From an uncultured Lachnospiraceae bacterium (GTDB lineage Bacteria; Bacillota; Clostridia; Lachnospirales; Lachnospiraceae), in NCBI GenBank assembly GCA_900551895.1, contig URXX01000003.1, positions 118,655-150,654 on the forward strand: DNA of 32,000 nucleotides. The letters are read 5' to 3'. The notes beneath the pieces were generated by a model. The model saw only the letters and a list, made by a program, of their open reading frames with translations, had not been told where the DNA came from and made no database searches. The position numbers and the translations under genes were made by a program. Positions 1-8,427 of this stretch are shown here, one piece after another. Every line of letters starts with the position of its first letter. Within the stretch, counting starts at the first letter, position 1.

Positions 1-21
1 GAAAAAGGGCTTGTTATTTTC

Positions 22-41
22 ATTATCATTACAATGATAAT
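22..41. promoter_or_regulatory. AT-rich perfect palindrome ATTATCATT-AC-AATGATAAT (Fur/PerR-like half-sites), possible operator
   Basis: 9-bp inverted arms with a 2-nt spacer read directly. It contains ATTATC/GATAAT hexamers and three adjacent NATWAT-like hexamers, about 55 nt upstream of the 97..354 ORF. The arrangement does not match the canonical 7-1-7 Fur box. Confidence 0.25.
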
Positions 42-96
42 TTCTCTTTTCTAACTTTTAACTTTGTTTACTCTAACTAAAAGAAGGGGGGATTTT

Positions 97-354
97 ATGT
101 TTATGTCCATTATACTTATTTTTCTAAACTTTGCATTGTTTTTCAAAAGCCTTTGGAACTGGTTCTCTCTTACAGGTATCGATTCCAATATGATTTCCTT
201 ATTCGCATTATTGTGGTGTATCATTATCGCAGTTGTTCCTGCTGCCTACTGTGCCGAGCGTGAAAAACAATATTTAGAAGCATCAGTCAGCCGTAAAAAG
301 CAAATCATTATTCTCTGCATATTTGCCTTTATTGTTGCAGGACTTTATGTGTAA
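97..354 (+). CDS. small hydrophobic membrane protein, hypothetical (85 aa)
   Basis: Frame of ORF-track entry 64..354. Start moved to ATG 97, which follows a GAAGGGGGG SD-like run (83-91) by 5 nt; position 64 is a TTG without SD. Several hydrophobic spans (IILIFLNFALFF, LFALLWCIIIAVVPAAY, IIILCIFAFIVAGL). No family recognised. Confidence 0.5.
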   Translation: MFMSIILIFLNFALFFKSLWNWFSLTGIDSNMISLFALLWCIIIAVVPAAYCAEREKQYLEASVSRKKQIIILCIFAFIVAGLYV

Positions 355-368
355 AAGAGGTGAATAAA

Positions 369-683
369 ATGCCTAAGAAATTTTTTGTTTTACTTATTTG
401 CAGTATGGTTCTGACAGGTTGTGCCACTTCCAAACAGGAAAATACACAAAAACAAGAAATCGTTCGAGAGGAAACCTCTCTTATTAATGCTCCTGAAATG
501 ATGAACTATAAATACTGCGTTAAACTGACCGGAGAAAGTAATAACGCTAAATGTAAAAGTTATTACACTGTTCTGACAAATGATAAATCACTTACCTTTG
601 AAACTGTTGATCGAAAATTTTGGAGCAGTTCCACAGAAAATACAAATGATTTTTATATTGTAGAACAGGGGATAGTTGAGTAA
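369..683 (+). CDS. putative lipoprotein, hypothetical (104 aa)
   Basis: Frame of ORF 360..683. ATG 369 lies 8 nt after AAGAGG. The N-terminus MPKKFFVLLICSMVLTGCATS has a signal peptide plus an L-T-G-C lipobox. Confidence 0.6.
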   Translation: MPKKFFVLLICSMVLTGCATSKQENTQKQEIVREETSLINAPEMMNYKYCVKLTGESNNAKCKSYYTVLTNDKSLTFETVDRKFWSSSTENTNDFYIVEQGIVE

Positions 684-704
684 AGGAGGGAAAATACCCT
701 CCTT
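683..704. terminator. hairpin between convergent genes (AAGGAGGG-aaaata-CCCTCCTT)
   Basis: Perfect 8-bp GC-rich stem with a 6-nt loop, overlapping both stop codons (TAA 681-683 and minus-strand TAA 704-706). U-tracts are poor on both sides. Confidence 0.45.
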
Positions 705-1441
705 TATCGCTGTATAAACACGTACTTTTTCTCGTTCGACATACTTTCTTCAAATTCATAGTCGTTCCAGTCAAACGCTTTTATCTGTTCCGGTTCATCA
801 ATTCTGTTTTTGGCGATAAACCGTACCATTTGTCCTCTCGCCATTTTTGCCGAAGTCGTAATCGTCCGCAATTTACCTTTATGATAAGTCAGAAATTCTA
901 CATCAATAAATCTGTCATGTTTCGCATATTTCCGAATTGTCTTTGCGTATTCTTCCGACGCCAAATTCAACACAATCTGATTTTCTCTGTAAACTTCCTC
1001 ATACAGTAAATCGCCCCAAAACTGATATAAATTCTTATCATCAATTTTCAATCTGCATTGCATTTCCAATCGATACGGTAAAATCTCATCCAACGGTCTG
1101 ACCGCTCCATAGCAGGCGCTCAAAATTCGCAGATGCGTATTGATAAACTCCATTTCTTCTGCCGAAAATGTTTCCGCATCTATATTTTTAAACACAAGAC
1201 CGTCATAAGTCAAAATCGCAGGCGTTCCCTCCTTATGTAAATCAAAATTTTGTATATCCATAAACGCCTGTATTGCCAGTTTCTCATTGATTTTCATTAA
1301 CGTTTCCAACTCATAAGGCTGATATTCTTTTAATTTTTTTATGATTTCTTCTGTTTCTTTTGGAAATGCAACCGTACTCAGTGTTACATCATCTCTTTTT
1401 CGTATTTTCATGTTTTTTGCAGGTGAAATAATTGTCAGCAT
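704..1441 (-). CDS. yaaA: peroxide stress protein YaaA (UPF0246/DUF328 family)
   Basis: 245 aa. The N-terminus MLTIISPAKNM matches the characteristic YaaA start (ML.LISPAK), and length is typical of the family. Confidence 0.85.
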   Translation of the reverse strand: MLTIISPAKNMKIRKRDDVTLSTVAFPKETEEIIKKLKEYQPYELETLMKINEKLAIQAFMDIQNFDLHKEGTPAILTYDGLVFKNIDAETFSAEEMEFINTHLRILSACYGAVRPLDEILPYRLEMQCRLKIDDKNLYQFWGDLLYEEVYRENQIVLNLASEEYAKTIRKYAKHDRFIDVEFLTYHKGKLRTITTSAKMARGQMVRFIAKNRIDEPEQIKAFDWNDYEFEESMSNEKKYVFIQR

Positions 1442-1509
1442 TTTTCTTCTCCTTTTCTGTGACGTTATTATACTGTTTCATAGCATATTTGTCAAAAAAT
1501 AAACGTTTC

Positions 1510-1538
1510 TTGTCCCTATTATCTAATCATGGTATACT
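1510..1538 (+). promoter_or_regulatory. sigma-A type promoter for the hyd maturation operon (TTGTCC-17 nt-TATACT)
   Basis: -35 TTGTCC at 1510-1515, a 17-nt spacer ending in TGG, and -10 TATACT at 1533-1538. It lies ~140 nt upstream of the first ATG (1677). Confidence 0.45.
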
Positions 1539-1578
1539 AATAAAAACGTACTGATTACAAAGGATTGTACCTGCGTAA

Positions 1579-1650
1579 GAAGGCATGACATTTCGATTCC
1601 AAGGGGATTTTCTACCCTTTTTTATGTGTGCCTTCCGGCACTTTTCTTTT
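1579..1650 (+). promoter_or_regulatory. leader RNA with terminator-like hairpins and a competing upstream pairing (candidate attenuator)
   Basis: Hairpin AAGGG(1601-1605)/CCCTT(1615-1619) followed by a T-run. Second hairpin GTGCC(1628-1632)-ttcc-GGCAC(1637-1641) followed by TTTTCTTTT (1642-1650). GAAGGCA (1579-1585) is complementary to TGCCTTC (1629-1635), which overlaps the 5' arm of the second hairpin. Confidence 0.3.
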
Positions 1651-1676
1651 GTAATCCCACTATAAAAGGAGGCTTT

Positions 1677-1928
1677 ATGAATACAAGAATTGCACTTATC
1701 GGCATTATTGTCGAAAGTAATGAGTCTGTAAGTGAACTCAATCGACTGTTAAGCGAATACAGTCAATACATTATCGGACGTATGGGCATTCCGTACCGTG
1801 AGAAAAATATTTCCATTATCAGTGTGGCTATTGACGCACCGAATGATATTATCAGTTCACTTTCAGGAAAACTCGGAATGCTTTCGGGCATCAACACAAA
1901 GACAACTTACGCAAAAACATCGGTTTAA
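1677..1928 (+). CDS. TM1266-family putative iron-only hydrogenase system regulator (83 aa)
   Basis: ATG 1677 follows AAAGGAGG (1665-1672); the ORF-track start 1626 has no SD. The small ACT/NikR-C-like sequence (IALIGIIVE...ISVAIDAP) sits directly upstream of hydE-hydG-hydF, the conserved context of this family. Confidence 0.7.
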   Translation: MNTRIALIGIIVESNESVSELNRLLSEYSQYIIGRMGIPYREKNISIISVAIDAPNDIISSLSGKLGMLSGINTKTTYAKTSV

Positions 1929-1937
1929 GGGGCATTT

Positions 1938-2975
1938 ATGAAACAACTTATTCAAAAATTAAAGGAAACACAAGCATTAACAAAAGACGAGTGGATACAT
2001 CTTATCGACAATCGCACACCCGAACTGGCAGAATATCTCTTTACGCAGGCACGGGAGGTTCAAAATCATTATTACGGAAATAACGTATATATTCGAGGGC
2101 TGATAGAATTTACAAATATTTGTAAAAATGACTGTTTTTACTGCGGTATTCGCAAAGGCAATGAAAACGCCTGTCGATACCGATTAACAAAAGAAGATAT
2201 TTTAGAATGCTGTCGTATCGGTTATCCCCTCGGATTTCGCACATTTGTTTTACAGGGCGGTGAGGACGGTTATTTCACCGATGAAAAAATGGCGGATATC
2301 ATTTCCTCCATAAAATCGGAATATCCCGATTGTGCTATCACACTATCAATCGGGGAAAAATCTTATAACAGTTATAAAACATTTTTTGATGCGGGGGCTG
2401 ACCGCTATCTCCTCCGCCACGAAACATATTCCGCAGACCATTATGAGAAATTGCACCCACATATTTTAAGCGCTAAAAGCCGTCGGAAATGCCTTTGGGA
2501 TTTAAAGGACATCGGCTATCAGGTCGGAACGGGATTTATGGTCGGTTCGCCTTATCAGACAACCGAAAATCTTGCAGAGGATATGCTGTTTATAAAAGAA
2601 TTAAATCCACAGATGGTCGGTATAGGACCATTTATCCCCCACCACGATACGCCGTTCAGAAATTTTCCACAGGGAAGTTTAGAACTCACTTTATTTATGT
2701 TGGCGCTCATCAGACTCATGCTTCCAAAAGTGCTTCTTCCCTCCACAACCGCTCTCGGAACAATCGCACCTGACGGACGAGAACAGGGAATACTTGCAGG
2801 GGCAAACGTAGTCATGCCAAATCTTTCCCCGAAAAGTGTGCGGAAAAATTATCTGCTATACGATAATAAAATTTGTACGGACAGCGAGGCAGCCGAAGGA
2901 TTGAAGCAACTGAAAACACAACTGAAAAAAATCGGATATGAAACCAGCGTTTCCCGAGGGGATTCGCTCAACTAA
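1938..2975 (+). CDS. hydE: [FeFe]-hydrogenase maturase HydE (radical SAM)
   Basis: 345 aa. Radical-SAM motif CKNDCFYCGIRK (CxxxCxxC), biotin-synthase-like body, followed by hydG and hydF. Confidence 0.9.
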   Translation: MKQLIQKLKETQALTKDEWIHLIDNRTPELAEYLFTQAREVQNHYYGNNVYIRGLIEFTNICKNDCFYCGIRKGNENACRYRLTKEDILECCRIGYPLGFRTFVLQGGEDGYFTDEKMADIISSIKSEYPDCAITLSIGEKSYNSYKTFFDAGADRYLLRHETYSADHYEKLHPHILSAKSRRKCLWDLKDIGYQVGTGFMVGSPYQTTENLAEDMLFIKELNPQMVGIGPFIPHHDTPFRNFPQGSLELTLFMLALIRLMLPKVLLPSTTALGTIAPDGREQGILAGANVVMPNLSPKSVRKNYLLYDNKICTDSEAAEGLKQLKTQLKKIGYETSVSRGDSLN

Positions 2976-2990
2976 TGAAAGGAGTTTACC

Positions 2991-4412
2991 ATGTACAACA
3001 TTTTATCTGAAAAACCGGAAGAGTTTATTAATCACGAGGAAATTCTTGACACATTGGAATTTGCCGAAAAGAACAAGCATAATGCGGAACTTATCGACCA
3101 GATTATCGAGAAAGCAAAACTTAGAAAAGGACTGACGCACCGTGATGCGTTAGTTTTATTGGACTGTGATATAGAAGAAAAAAATCAGGAAATTTACGCC
3201 CTCGCCGAACAAATCAAAAAAGATTTTTACGGCAATCGTATCGTTATGTTTGCACCGCTTTATCTTTCCAACTATTGTGTAAACGGATGTACATATTGTC
3301 CTTATCACATGAAAAACAAACATATCGCCAGAAAAAAACTGACGCAGGAAGAAATCCGCAAAGAAGTTATCGCTCTTCAGGATATGGGACATAAACGATT
3401 GGCTTTGGAAACCGGCGAAGACCCTGTAAATTCTCCGATTGAATATGTACTTGAATCCATAAAAACAATTTACGGCATCAAACATAAAAACGGTGCAATC
3501 CGCCGTGTAAATGTAAATATTGCCGCAACTACAGTGGAAAATTATCGCAAATTAAAAGAGGCGGGTATCGGCACTTATATTCTTTTTCAAGAAACATACC
3601 ACAAAGAAAGTTATCTTCAACTGCACCCAACCGGACCAAAACATGACTACGACTACCACACAACCGCTATGGACAGAGCAATGCAGGGCGGTATAGATGA
3701 TGTAGGTATCGGTGTCCTTTTCGGTTTGGACAAATACCGCTACGAACTGGCAGGTCTTTTGATGCATGCTGAACATTTGGAGGCTGTTTTCGGAGTAGGA
3801 CCGCACACAATCAGCGTTCCGCGTCTTCGCCATGCAGACGATATTGACGCAGACTCTTTTGACAACGGTATTGATGACGATACTTTTGCCAAAATTGTTG
3901 CCTGTATCCGTATCGCCGTTCCATATACGGGAATGATTATTTCCACAAGAGAAAGTCAAGCGTGCCGTGAACGTGTTCTACATCTCGGCGTATCTCAAAT
4001 TAGCGGTGGCTCTAAAACAAGTGTGGGCGGTTACGCCGAGCCTGAACCTGACGACAATAAATCGGAACAGTTTGATGTAAGTGACACAAGAACTTTAGAC
4101 GAAGTAGTAAAATGGCTTATGGATTTAGGATATATTCCAAGTTTCTGTACCGCCTGCTATCGTGAAGGTCGAACAGGCGACAGATTCATGTCCCTTTGCA
4201 AAAGCGGACAAATCCAAAACTGTTGTCAGCCAAACGCATTGATGACACTGAAAGAATACCTTATGGATTACGCTTCCGAAGCAACAAAAAAAGCAGGCGA
4301 GAAAGTCATTCAGGAAGAAATCGGTAAAATTCCAAACGAAAAAGTCCGTCAGATTGTCATTGAAAATTTAAAAGAAATTGAAAATGAAAATCGAAGAGAT
4401 TTCAGATTTTAG
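2991..4412 (+). CDS. hydG: [FeFe]-hydrogenase maturase HydG (radical SAM tyrosine lyase)
   Basis: 473 aa. CVNGCTYCPY radical-SAM motif plus the C-terminal auxiliary-cluster cysteines (CTACYREGRTGDRFMSLCKSG...CC). SD AAAGGAG upstream. Confidence 0.92.
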   Translation: MYNILSEKPEEFINHEEILDTLEFAEKNKHNAELIDQIIEKAKLRKGLTHRDALVLLDCDIEEKNQEIYALAEQIKKDFYGNRIVMFAPLYLSNYCVNGCTYCPYHMKNKHIARKKLTQEEIRKEVIALQDMGHKRLALETGEDPVNSPIEYVLESIKTIYGIKHKNGAIRRVNVNIAATTVENYRKLKEAGIGTYILFQETYHKESYLQLHPTGPKHDYDYHTTAMDRAMQGGIDDVGIGVLFGLDKYRYELAGLLMHAEHLEAVFGVGPHTISVPRLRHADDIDADSFDNGIDDDTFAKIVACIRIAVPYTGMIISTRESQACRERVLHLGVSQISGGSKTSVGGYAEPEPDDNKSEQFDVSDTRTLDEVVKWLMDLGYIPSFCTACYREGRTGDRFMSLCKSGQIQNCCQPNALMTLKEYLMDYASEATKKAGEKVIQEEIGKIPNEKVRQIVIENLKEIENENRRDFRF

Positions 4413-4422
4413 GAGGAAACAG

Positions 4423-5613
4423 ATGAGTTTAAATAGTACTCCTTCAGCAAACCGCATTCATATCGGCATTTTCGGCAAAAGAAATTGCGGAAAATCCAGT
4501 TTAATCAACGCATTAACCGGACAGAACCTTTCCATTGTATCCGACACAAAGGGAACAACTACCGATCCCGTCCTAAAAGCAATGGAACTTCTTCCGATAG
4601 GACCTGTTGTATTTATCGACACTGCAGGACTTGATGATGAAGGCGAACTGGGGCAGTTACGAATTGCGAAAACATACCAAATGTTAAATAAAACTGATAT
4701 TGCTCTGCTCGTTGTCGATAATTCTGTCGGTATAACTGAGGAAGACAAGAATATCTTAGAGAAAATTCAACAGAAACACATTCCATATTTAATTGTACAA
4801 AACAAATGTGATTTGAAAGAGAACTCTTTGCCCAAACATTCTAAAGATTATATGGAAGTGAGTGCGAAAACAGGTTTTCATATACAGGAATTAAAAGAGA
4901 AAATAGCCTCTCTCCTGCCAACTGAGACAAATCAAACACCAATTGTTCGGGATTTACTCGCTCCGAATGATTTTGTTGTTCTCGTTATACCGATTGATTC
5001 TTCCGCGCCAAAGGGACGGCTCATTTTACCGCAACAGCAGACTATCCGCGATATTTTGGACGCTAACGCTGTTTCTATTGTCGTAAAAGATACGGAATTA
5101 AAAGAAACGCTTGAAAACTTAGGAAAAACACCACAACTTGTCATTACCGACAGTCAGGCATTCAGACAAGTATCGGAGATTGTTCCTAAAAATATTTTGC
5201 TGACTTCTTTCTCTATTTTATTTGCCAGATATAAGGGAAATTTAGATGCAGTGACAGAAGGAGCATTTGCCATTGACCGCTTAAAAGACGGAGATACCGT
5301 ACTGATTTCCGAGGGCTGCACCCACCACCGCCAATGCGGAGATATCGGTACGGTAAAATTACCAAATTTACTGCGAAAATATACACAAAAAGATTTACAT
5401 TTTGTATTTACGAGCGGAGAAGAATTTCCTACAGATTTGACAGGGTATAATCTCATTATTCACTGTGGCGGCTGTATGTTAAACGAGCGGGAAATGAAAT
5501 ATAGACTACGCTATGCCGAAGATGTGAATGTTCCGATAACCAATTACGGTATTGCCATTGCGAAAATGAACGGGATTTTAGAAAGAAGTTTAGAAGTCTT
5601 TCAAAAAGACTAG
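4423..5613 (+). CDS. hydF: [FeFe]-hydrogenase maturation GTPase HydF
   Basis: Start set at ATG 4423, 6 nt after AGGAGG (4411-4416). The ORF-track start 4378 would overlap hydG by 35 nt. P-loop GKRNCGKSS, DTAG, NKCD GTPase motifs, and the C-terminal cluster motif EGCTHH...HCGGC. Confidence 0.9.
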   Translation: MSLNSTPSANRIHIGIFGKRNCGKSSLINALTGQNLSIVSDTKGTTTDPVLKAMELLPIGPVVFIDTAGLDDEGELGQLRIAKTYQMLNKTDIALLVVDNSVGITEEDKNILEKIQQKHIPYLIVQNKCDLKENSLPKHSKDYMEVSAKTGFHIQELKEKIASLLPTETNQTPIVRDLLAPNDFVVLVIPIDSSAPKGRLILPQQQTIRDILDANAVSIVVKDTELKETLENLGKTPQLVITDSQAFRQVSEIVPKNILLTSFSILFARYKGNLDAVTEGAFAIDRLKDGDTVLISEGCTHHRQCGDIGTVKLPNLLRKYTQKDLHFVFTSGEEFPTDLTGYNLIIHCGGCMLNEREMKYRLRYAEDVNVPITNYGIAIAKMNGILERSLEVFQKD

Positions 5614-5619
5614 AAAATT

Positions 5620-5671
5620 TTCCCTTTAGAAGCTCACGGATAAAAGGCAGAGGTTCTAAAGGGAATTTTTT
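5620..5671. terminator. bidirectional rho-independent terminator (hydF / DUF1294 gene)
   Basis: 12-bp stem TTCCCTTTAGAA (5620-5631) / TTCTAAAGGGAA (5654-5665) followed by TTTTTT (5666-5671). An A-run lies on the other side for the minus strand. Confidence 0.6.
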
Positions 5672-5927
5672 ATTTATATATCAACAAAATTGCCACCTGC
5701 ATCACTAAAATCATCGGCACTCCCAAATTGAATTTCTTTTTTCTTGTCTTATGATGAAATACACTCATTCCAAATAATGCCCCCACAGAGCCTCCCAGAA
5801 AAGCCACACCTAAAAGAGTATTTTCGCTAATTCTCCACTGACCTTTTCTCGCTCTCCTTTTATCTATCCCATATATAAAAAATGCAATAACGTTTATGAA
5901 TAGCAAATAAATCACAAAAGTTTTCAT
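5670..5927 (-). CDS. DUF1294 family membrane protein
   Basis: 85 aa. The motif GIDKRRARKGQWRISENTLL, flanked by hydrophobic helices, is typical of DUF1294. Confidence 0.75.
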   Translation of the reverse strand: MKTFVIYLLFINVIAFFIYGIDKRRARKGQWRISENTLLGVAFLGGSVGALFGMSVFHHKTRKKKFNLGVPMILVMQVAILLIYK

Positions 5928-6010
5928 TTTCCTCTCCTTCTACTATGTTTCATCTTCTTATTATGATATAATATCCACAACAAATTTGTAAATATATCAG
6001 GAGGAATGTC

Positions 6011-6679
6011 ATGAATTTTCTAAGCATTTTCGATGTGATTGGTCCAAATATGATTGGCCCATCCAGTTCACACACTGCCGGTGCAGTTGCCATTGCACTG
6101 CTTGCACGAAAGATGTTTGCACAACCAATAGATAAAGTCACATTTACATTATACGGCTCATTTGCCAAAACTTACCGCGGACACGGAACTGATAAGGCGT
6201 TGTTGGGAGGAACTCTCGGCTTCTCTACAGATGACGAGAGAATACGGGACGCTTTTTCCATAGCCGATGAGAAGGGATTGGAATACCACTACATTATCGA
6301 TGAGGAAACGATAACAGATCACCCGAATACTGCCGATATTGTATTGGAAAATAAAGCAGGGCATATCCTTTCCATTCGCGGAGAGTCTATAGGCGGAGGA
6401 AAGATGAAAATTGTCCGTATCAACGATATTGACGTTGAATTTACCGGAGAATACAGCACACTGATTGTACAGCAGATTGATAAACCGGGAGTAGTTGCCC
6501 ATATTACCCAATGTTTAAGCGAAGAAAACGTAAATATTGCTTTTATGCGTCTATTCCGCGAAGACAAAGGCGCAACCGCATTTACAATCGTGGAATCCGA
6601 TGAGGAAATTCCGGAAGAAATTTTAGAGAAAATCCGTGTAAATAAACACGTAAAAGATTTAATGCTGATTCAGATGTAG
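6011..6679 (+). CDS. sdaAB: L-serine ammonia-lyase (iron-sulfur dependent), beta subunit
   Basis: 222 aa. N-terminus SIFDVIGPNMIGPSSSHTAGA is the hallmark of SdaAB, with a C-terminal ACT-like domain. AGGAGG SD upstream, and an extended -10 TGaTATAAT at 5964-5972. Confidence 0.9.
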   Translation: MNFLSIFDVIGPNMIGPSSSHTAGAVAIALLARKMFAQPIDKVTFTLYGSFAKTYRGHGTDKALLGGTLGFSTDDERIRDAFSIADEKGLEYHYIIDEETITDHPNTADIVLENKAGHILSIRGESIGGGKMKIVRINDIDVEFTGEYSTLIVQQIDKPGVVAHITQCLSEENVNIAFMRLFREDKGATAFTIVESDEEIPEEILEKIRVNKHVKDLMLIQM

Positions 6680-6691
6680 GGGGATATAAAA

Positions 6692-7564
6692 ATGGATTTT
6701 TTTAATGGACAAACTTTATTAAACTTATGTAAAAAAGAACAAATTTCTATCTCCGCTGCTATGAAAGAGCGTGAAATTACTATGGGAACTCTTTCGTCTG
6801 AGGAAGTAGATAAAAAACTAGCCGAAGTGCTTACAATTATGAAAAATTCCGCCCACAAACCGATACAGACTCCGGGAAAATCTATCGGCGGTCTTATCGG
6901 AGGCGAGGCAAAGCAGGTTGCCGACCATGCAAAAACAAATACAAGCATATGTGGTTCTATGCTGTCTAAAGCCATTTCTTACAGTATGGCTGTTTTAGAA
7001 GTCAACGCGTCCATGGGATTAATTGTAGCCGCTCCAACTGCCGGTTCGTCGGGTGTCGTTCCCGGAACTTTACTCGCTCTTCAAGAAGAGAAAGCATTGT
7101 CAGACGCACTCCTTTTTGACGGACTTCTAAACGCAAGTGCTGTCGGATATATTTTAATGCGAAACGCTTCTGTTTCCGGTGCGGAGGCAGGTTGTCAAGC
7201 GGAAGTCGGCGCTGCATCGGCAATGGCCGCATCGGCGGTAGTGGAAATGATGGGCGGAACACCTGAAATGTGTCTGACTGCTGCGGGAATCGCTCTTTCA
7301 AATCTACTCGGTCTTGTATGCGACCCAATCGCCGGACTTGTTGAGTCCCCTTGTCAGAGTCGAAATGCAATCGGGGTTGCCAACGCAATCACTTCCGCTG
7401 AACTGGCACTGAGCGGAGTTGCACACCCGATTCCATTTGACGAAATGGCTGAAGCAATGTTCCGTGTAGGAAAAAGTCTTCCATTTGAACTTCGTGAAAC
7501 TGCTATGGGCGGATGTGCCGGTACACCGACCGGATGTAGTTTAGGATGCAGTATTTGCAAATAA
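6692..7564 (+). CDS. sdaAA: L-serine ammonia-lyase (iron-sulfur dependent), alpha subunit
   Basis: 290 aa. Gly/Ala-rich core (AGSSGVVPG, GAEAGCQAEVGAASAMAA, CDPIAGLVESPCQSRNA) typical of SdaAA, immediately downstream of sdaAB. Confidence 0.9.
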   Translation: MDFFNGQTLLNLCKKEQISISAAMKEREITMGTLSSEEVDKKLAEVLTIMKNSAHKPIQTPGKSIGGLIGGEAKQVADHAKTNTSICGSMLSKAISYSMAVLEVNASMGLIVAAPTAGSSGVVPGTLLALQEEKALSDALLFDGLLNASAVGYILMRNASVSGAEAGCQAEVGAASAMAASAVVEMMGGTPEMCLTAAGIALSNLLGLVCDPIAGLVESPCQSRNAIGVANAITSAELALSGVAHPIPFDEMAEAMFRVGKSLPFELRETAMGGCAGTPTGCSLGCSICK

Positions 7565-7568
7565 AAAC

Positions 7569-7607
7569 AAGGTCTGTTTCATTTTTCTCGAAACAGACCT
7601 TATTTTT
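7569..7607. terminator. bidirectional rho-independent terminator (sdaAA / lipoprotein gene)
   Basis: 12-bp perfect stem AAGGTCTGTTTC (7569-7580) / GAAACAGACCTT (7590-7601). TTTTT follows on the plus strand and a T-rich tract on the minus strand. Confidence 0.7.
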
Positions 7608-8427
7608 ACGGAATATAAAATCCATAATGTACTTTTCCATTTTCCCATGTGGCAGTCACTTCATACACATAGGATTTTTTTGCTCTTTTTATGTATCCGA
7701 TATTGCCGTCCAATGTCACCCGTACACGATGTCCGCGGGATGCCGCTTCTTTCGTTGTGCCTACCGGCCACCTCACTACTTTAATATAATTCGGCTCAGT
7801 GGAAAAAATCAATTTTAAATCTGCATTTTCTCCGTCACAGACAACATCTGCTAATCCCTCTTTTTCTAAAAAAGAAATATCCTCCACTTTTTCCAGTTGC
7901 TGATTGCCATTCATATCTTTGTATTCCCACTCGTAATTTCCCTCAGTGGCAGCAGTTGTGACCAAACCGTTTTTCTGCATATTTTCAATGTCTAAATACG
8001 GAACGTCCGCCTTGCTTGGTTTTTGAACAAATTTGGCAACCTCCTGCTCATATTTTTTCGTATCCTCCACAGTTCCTTTTTGTACACGAACCATTTTCGT
8101 CACACCCGGATACTGCCCCGGATAAGACTCTAACATTTTTCCGTCACCATAACAGGCTATAATATCTCCCGCATTCAACTCGCTTTGCTTTATCCTTTTC
8201 TTGTTTTCATCATATAATTTGTCCTCCGGAATAATCGCATAAAATGGAGATTCCGTACTTCTGTCAAAAAAGATATAGGCGTCATCGCCGCACGGAACAT
8301 ACATGGCTTCTATGGGCTTATGATTTTCTTTTGTACTTTTTTGTTTTTCTTCTTTTTTACACGCTGTAAGGCAGACACAAAAAAATACCAACATAATTAG
8401 TAAACTTGTTCCCGCTTTCTTTCTCAT
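7606..8427 (-). CDS. putative lipoprotein, hypothetical (273 aa)
   Basis: Start moved from 8472 to ATG 8427. This gives MRKKAGTSLLIMLVFFCVCLTACKKEE, a signal peptide with an L-T-A-C lipobox. The start forms an ATGA overlap with the cobB stop, suggesting translational coupling. No family recognised. Confidence 0.6.
   Translation of the reverse strand: MRKKAGTSLLIMLVFFCVCLTACKKEEKQKSTKENHKPIEAMYVPCGDDAYIFFDRSTESPFYAIIPEDKLYDENKKRIKQSELNAGDIIACYGDGKMLESYPGQYPGVTKMVRVQKGTVEDTKKYEQEVAKFVQKPSKADVPYLDIENMQKNGLVTTAATEGNYEWEYKDMNGNQQLEKVEDISFLEKEGLADVVCDGENADLKLIFSTEPNYIKVVRWPVGTTKEAASRGHRVRVTLDGNIGYIKRAKKSYVYEVTATWENGKVHYGFYIP

Noticed and set aside
592-774. 60-aa minus-strand ORF spanning the lipoprotein 3' end, the terminator hairpin and the yaaA 3' end; also small ORFs 10218..10403, 10346..10558, 11400..11600 and 11907..12326
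   Set aside because: They overlap better-supported genes or terminators and lack an SD. Their composition is implausible and they are out of frame with any conserved motif.
1539-1676. Assigning the hyd leader to a known riboswitch class (SAM/S-box, T-box, c-di-GMP)
   Set aside because: By eye, none of the conserved cores I know for these classes are present. Examples are the S-box GAGGGA/kink-turn segments and the T-box AGAGA...specifier/T-box sequence. It is left unassigned.
4378-4422. Upstream ORF-track starts: 4378 (hydF), 25181 (fabH), 24231 (acpP), 8472 (lipoprotein), 29730 (phosphoesterase), 31460 (THUMP MTase), 26780 (NfeD), 1626 (TM1266-like), 360 and 64
   Set aside because: These longest-ORF starts either are TTG/GTG codons or lack an SD and overlap the preceding gene or promoter. 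In each case a downstream ATG has a canonical SD at 5-9 nt and gives the family-typical N-terminus.
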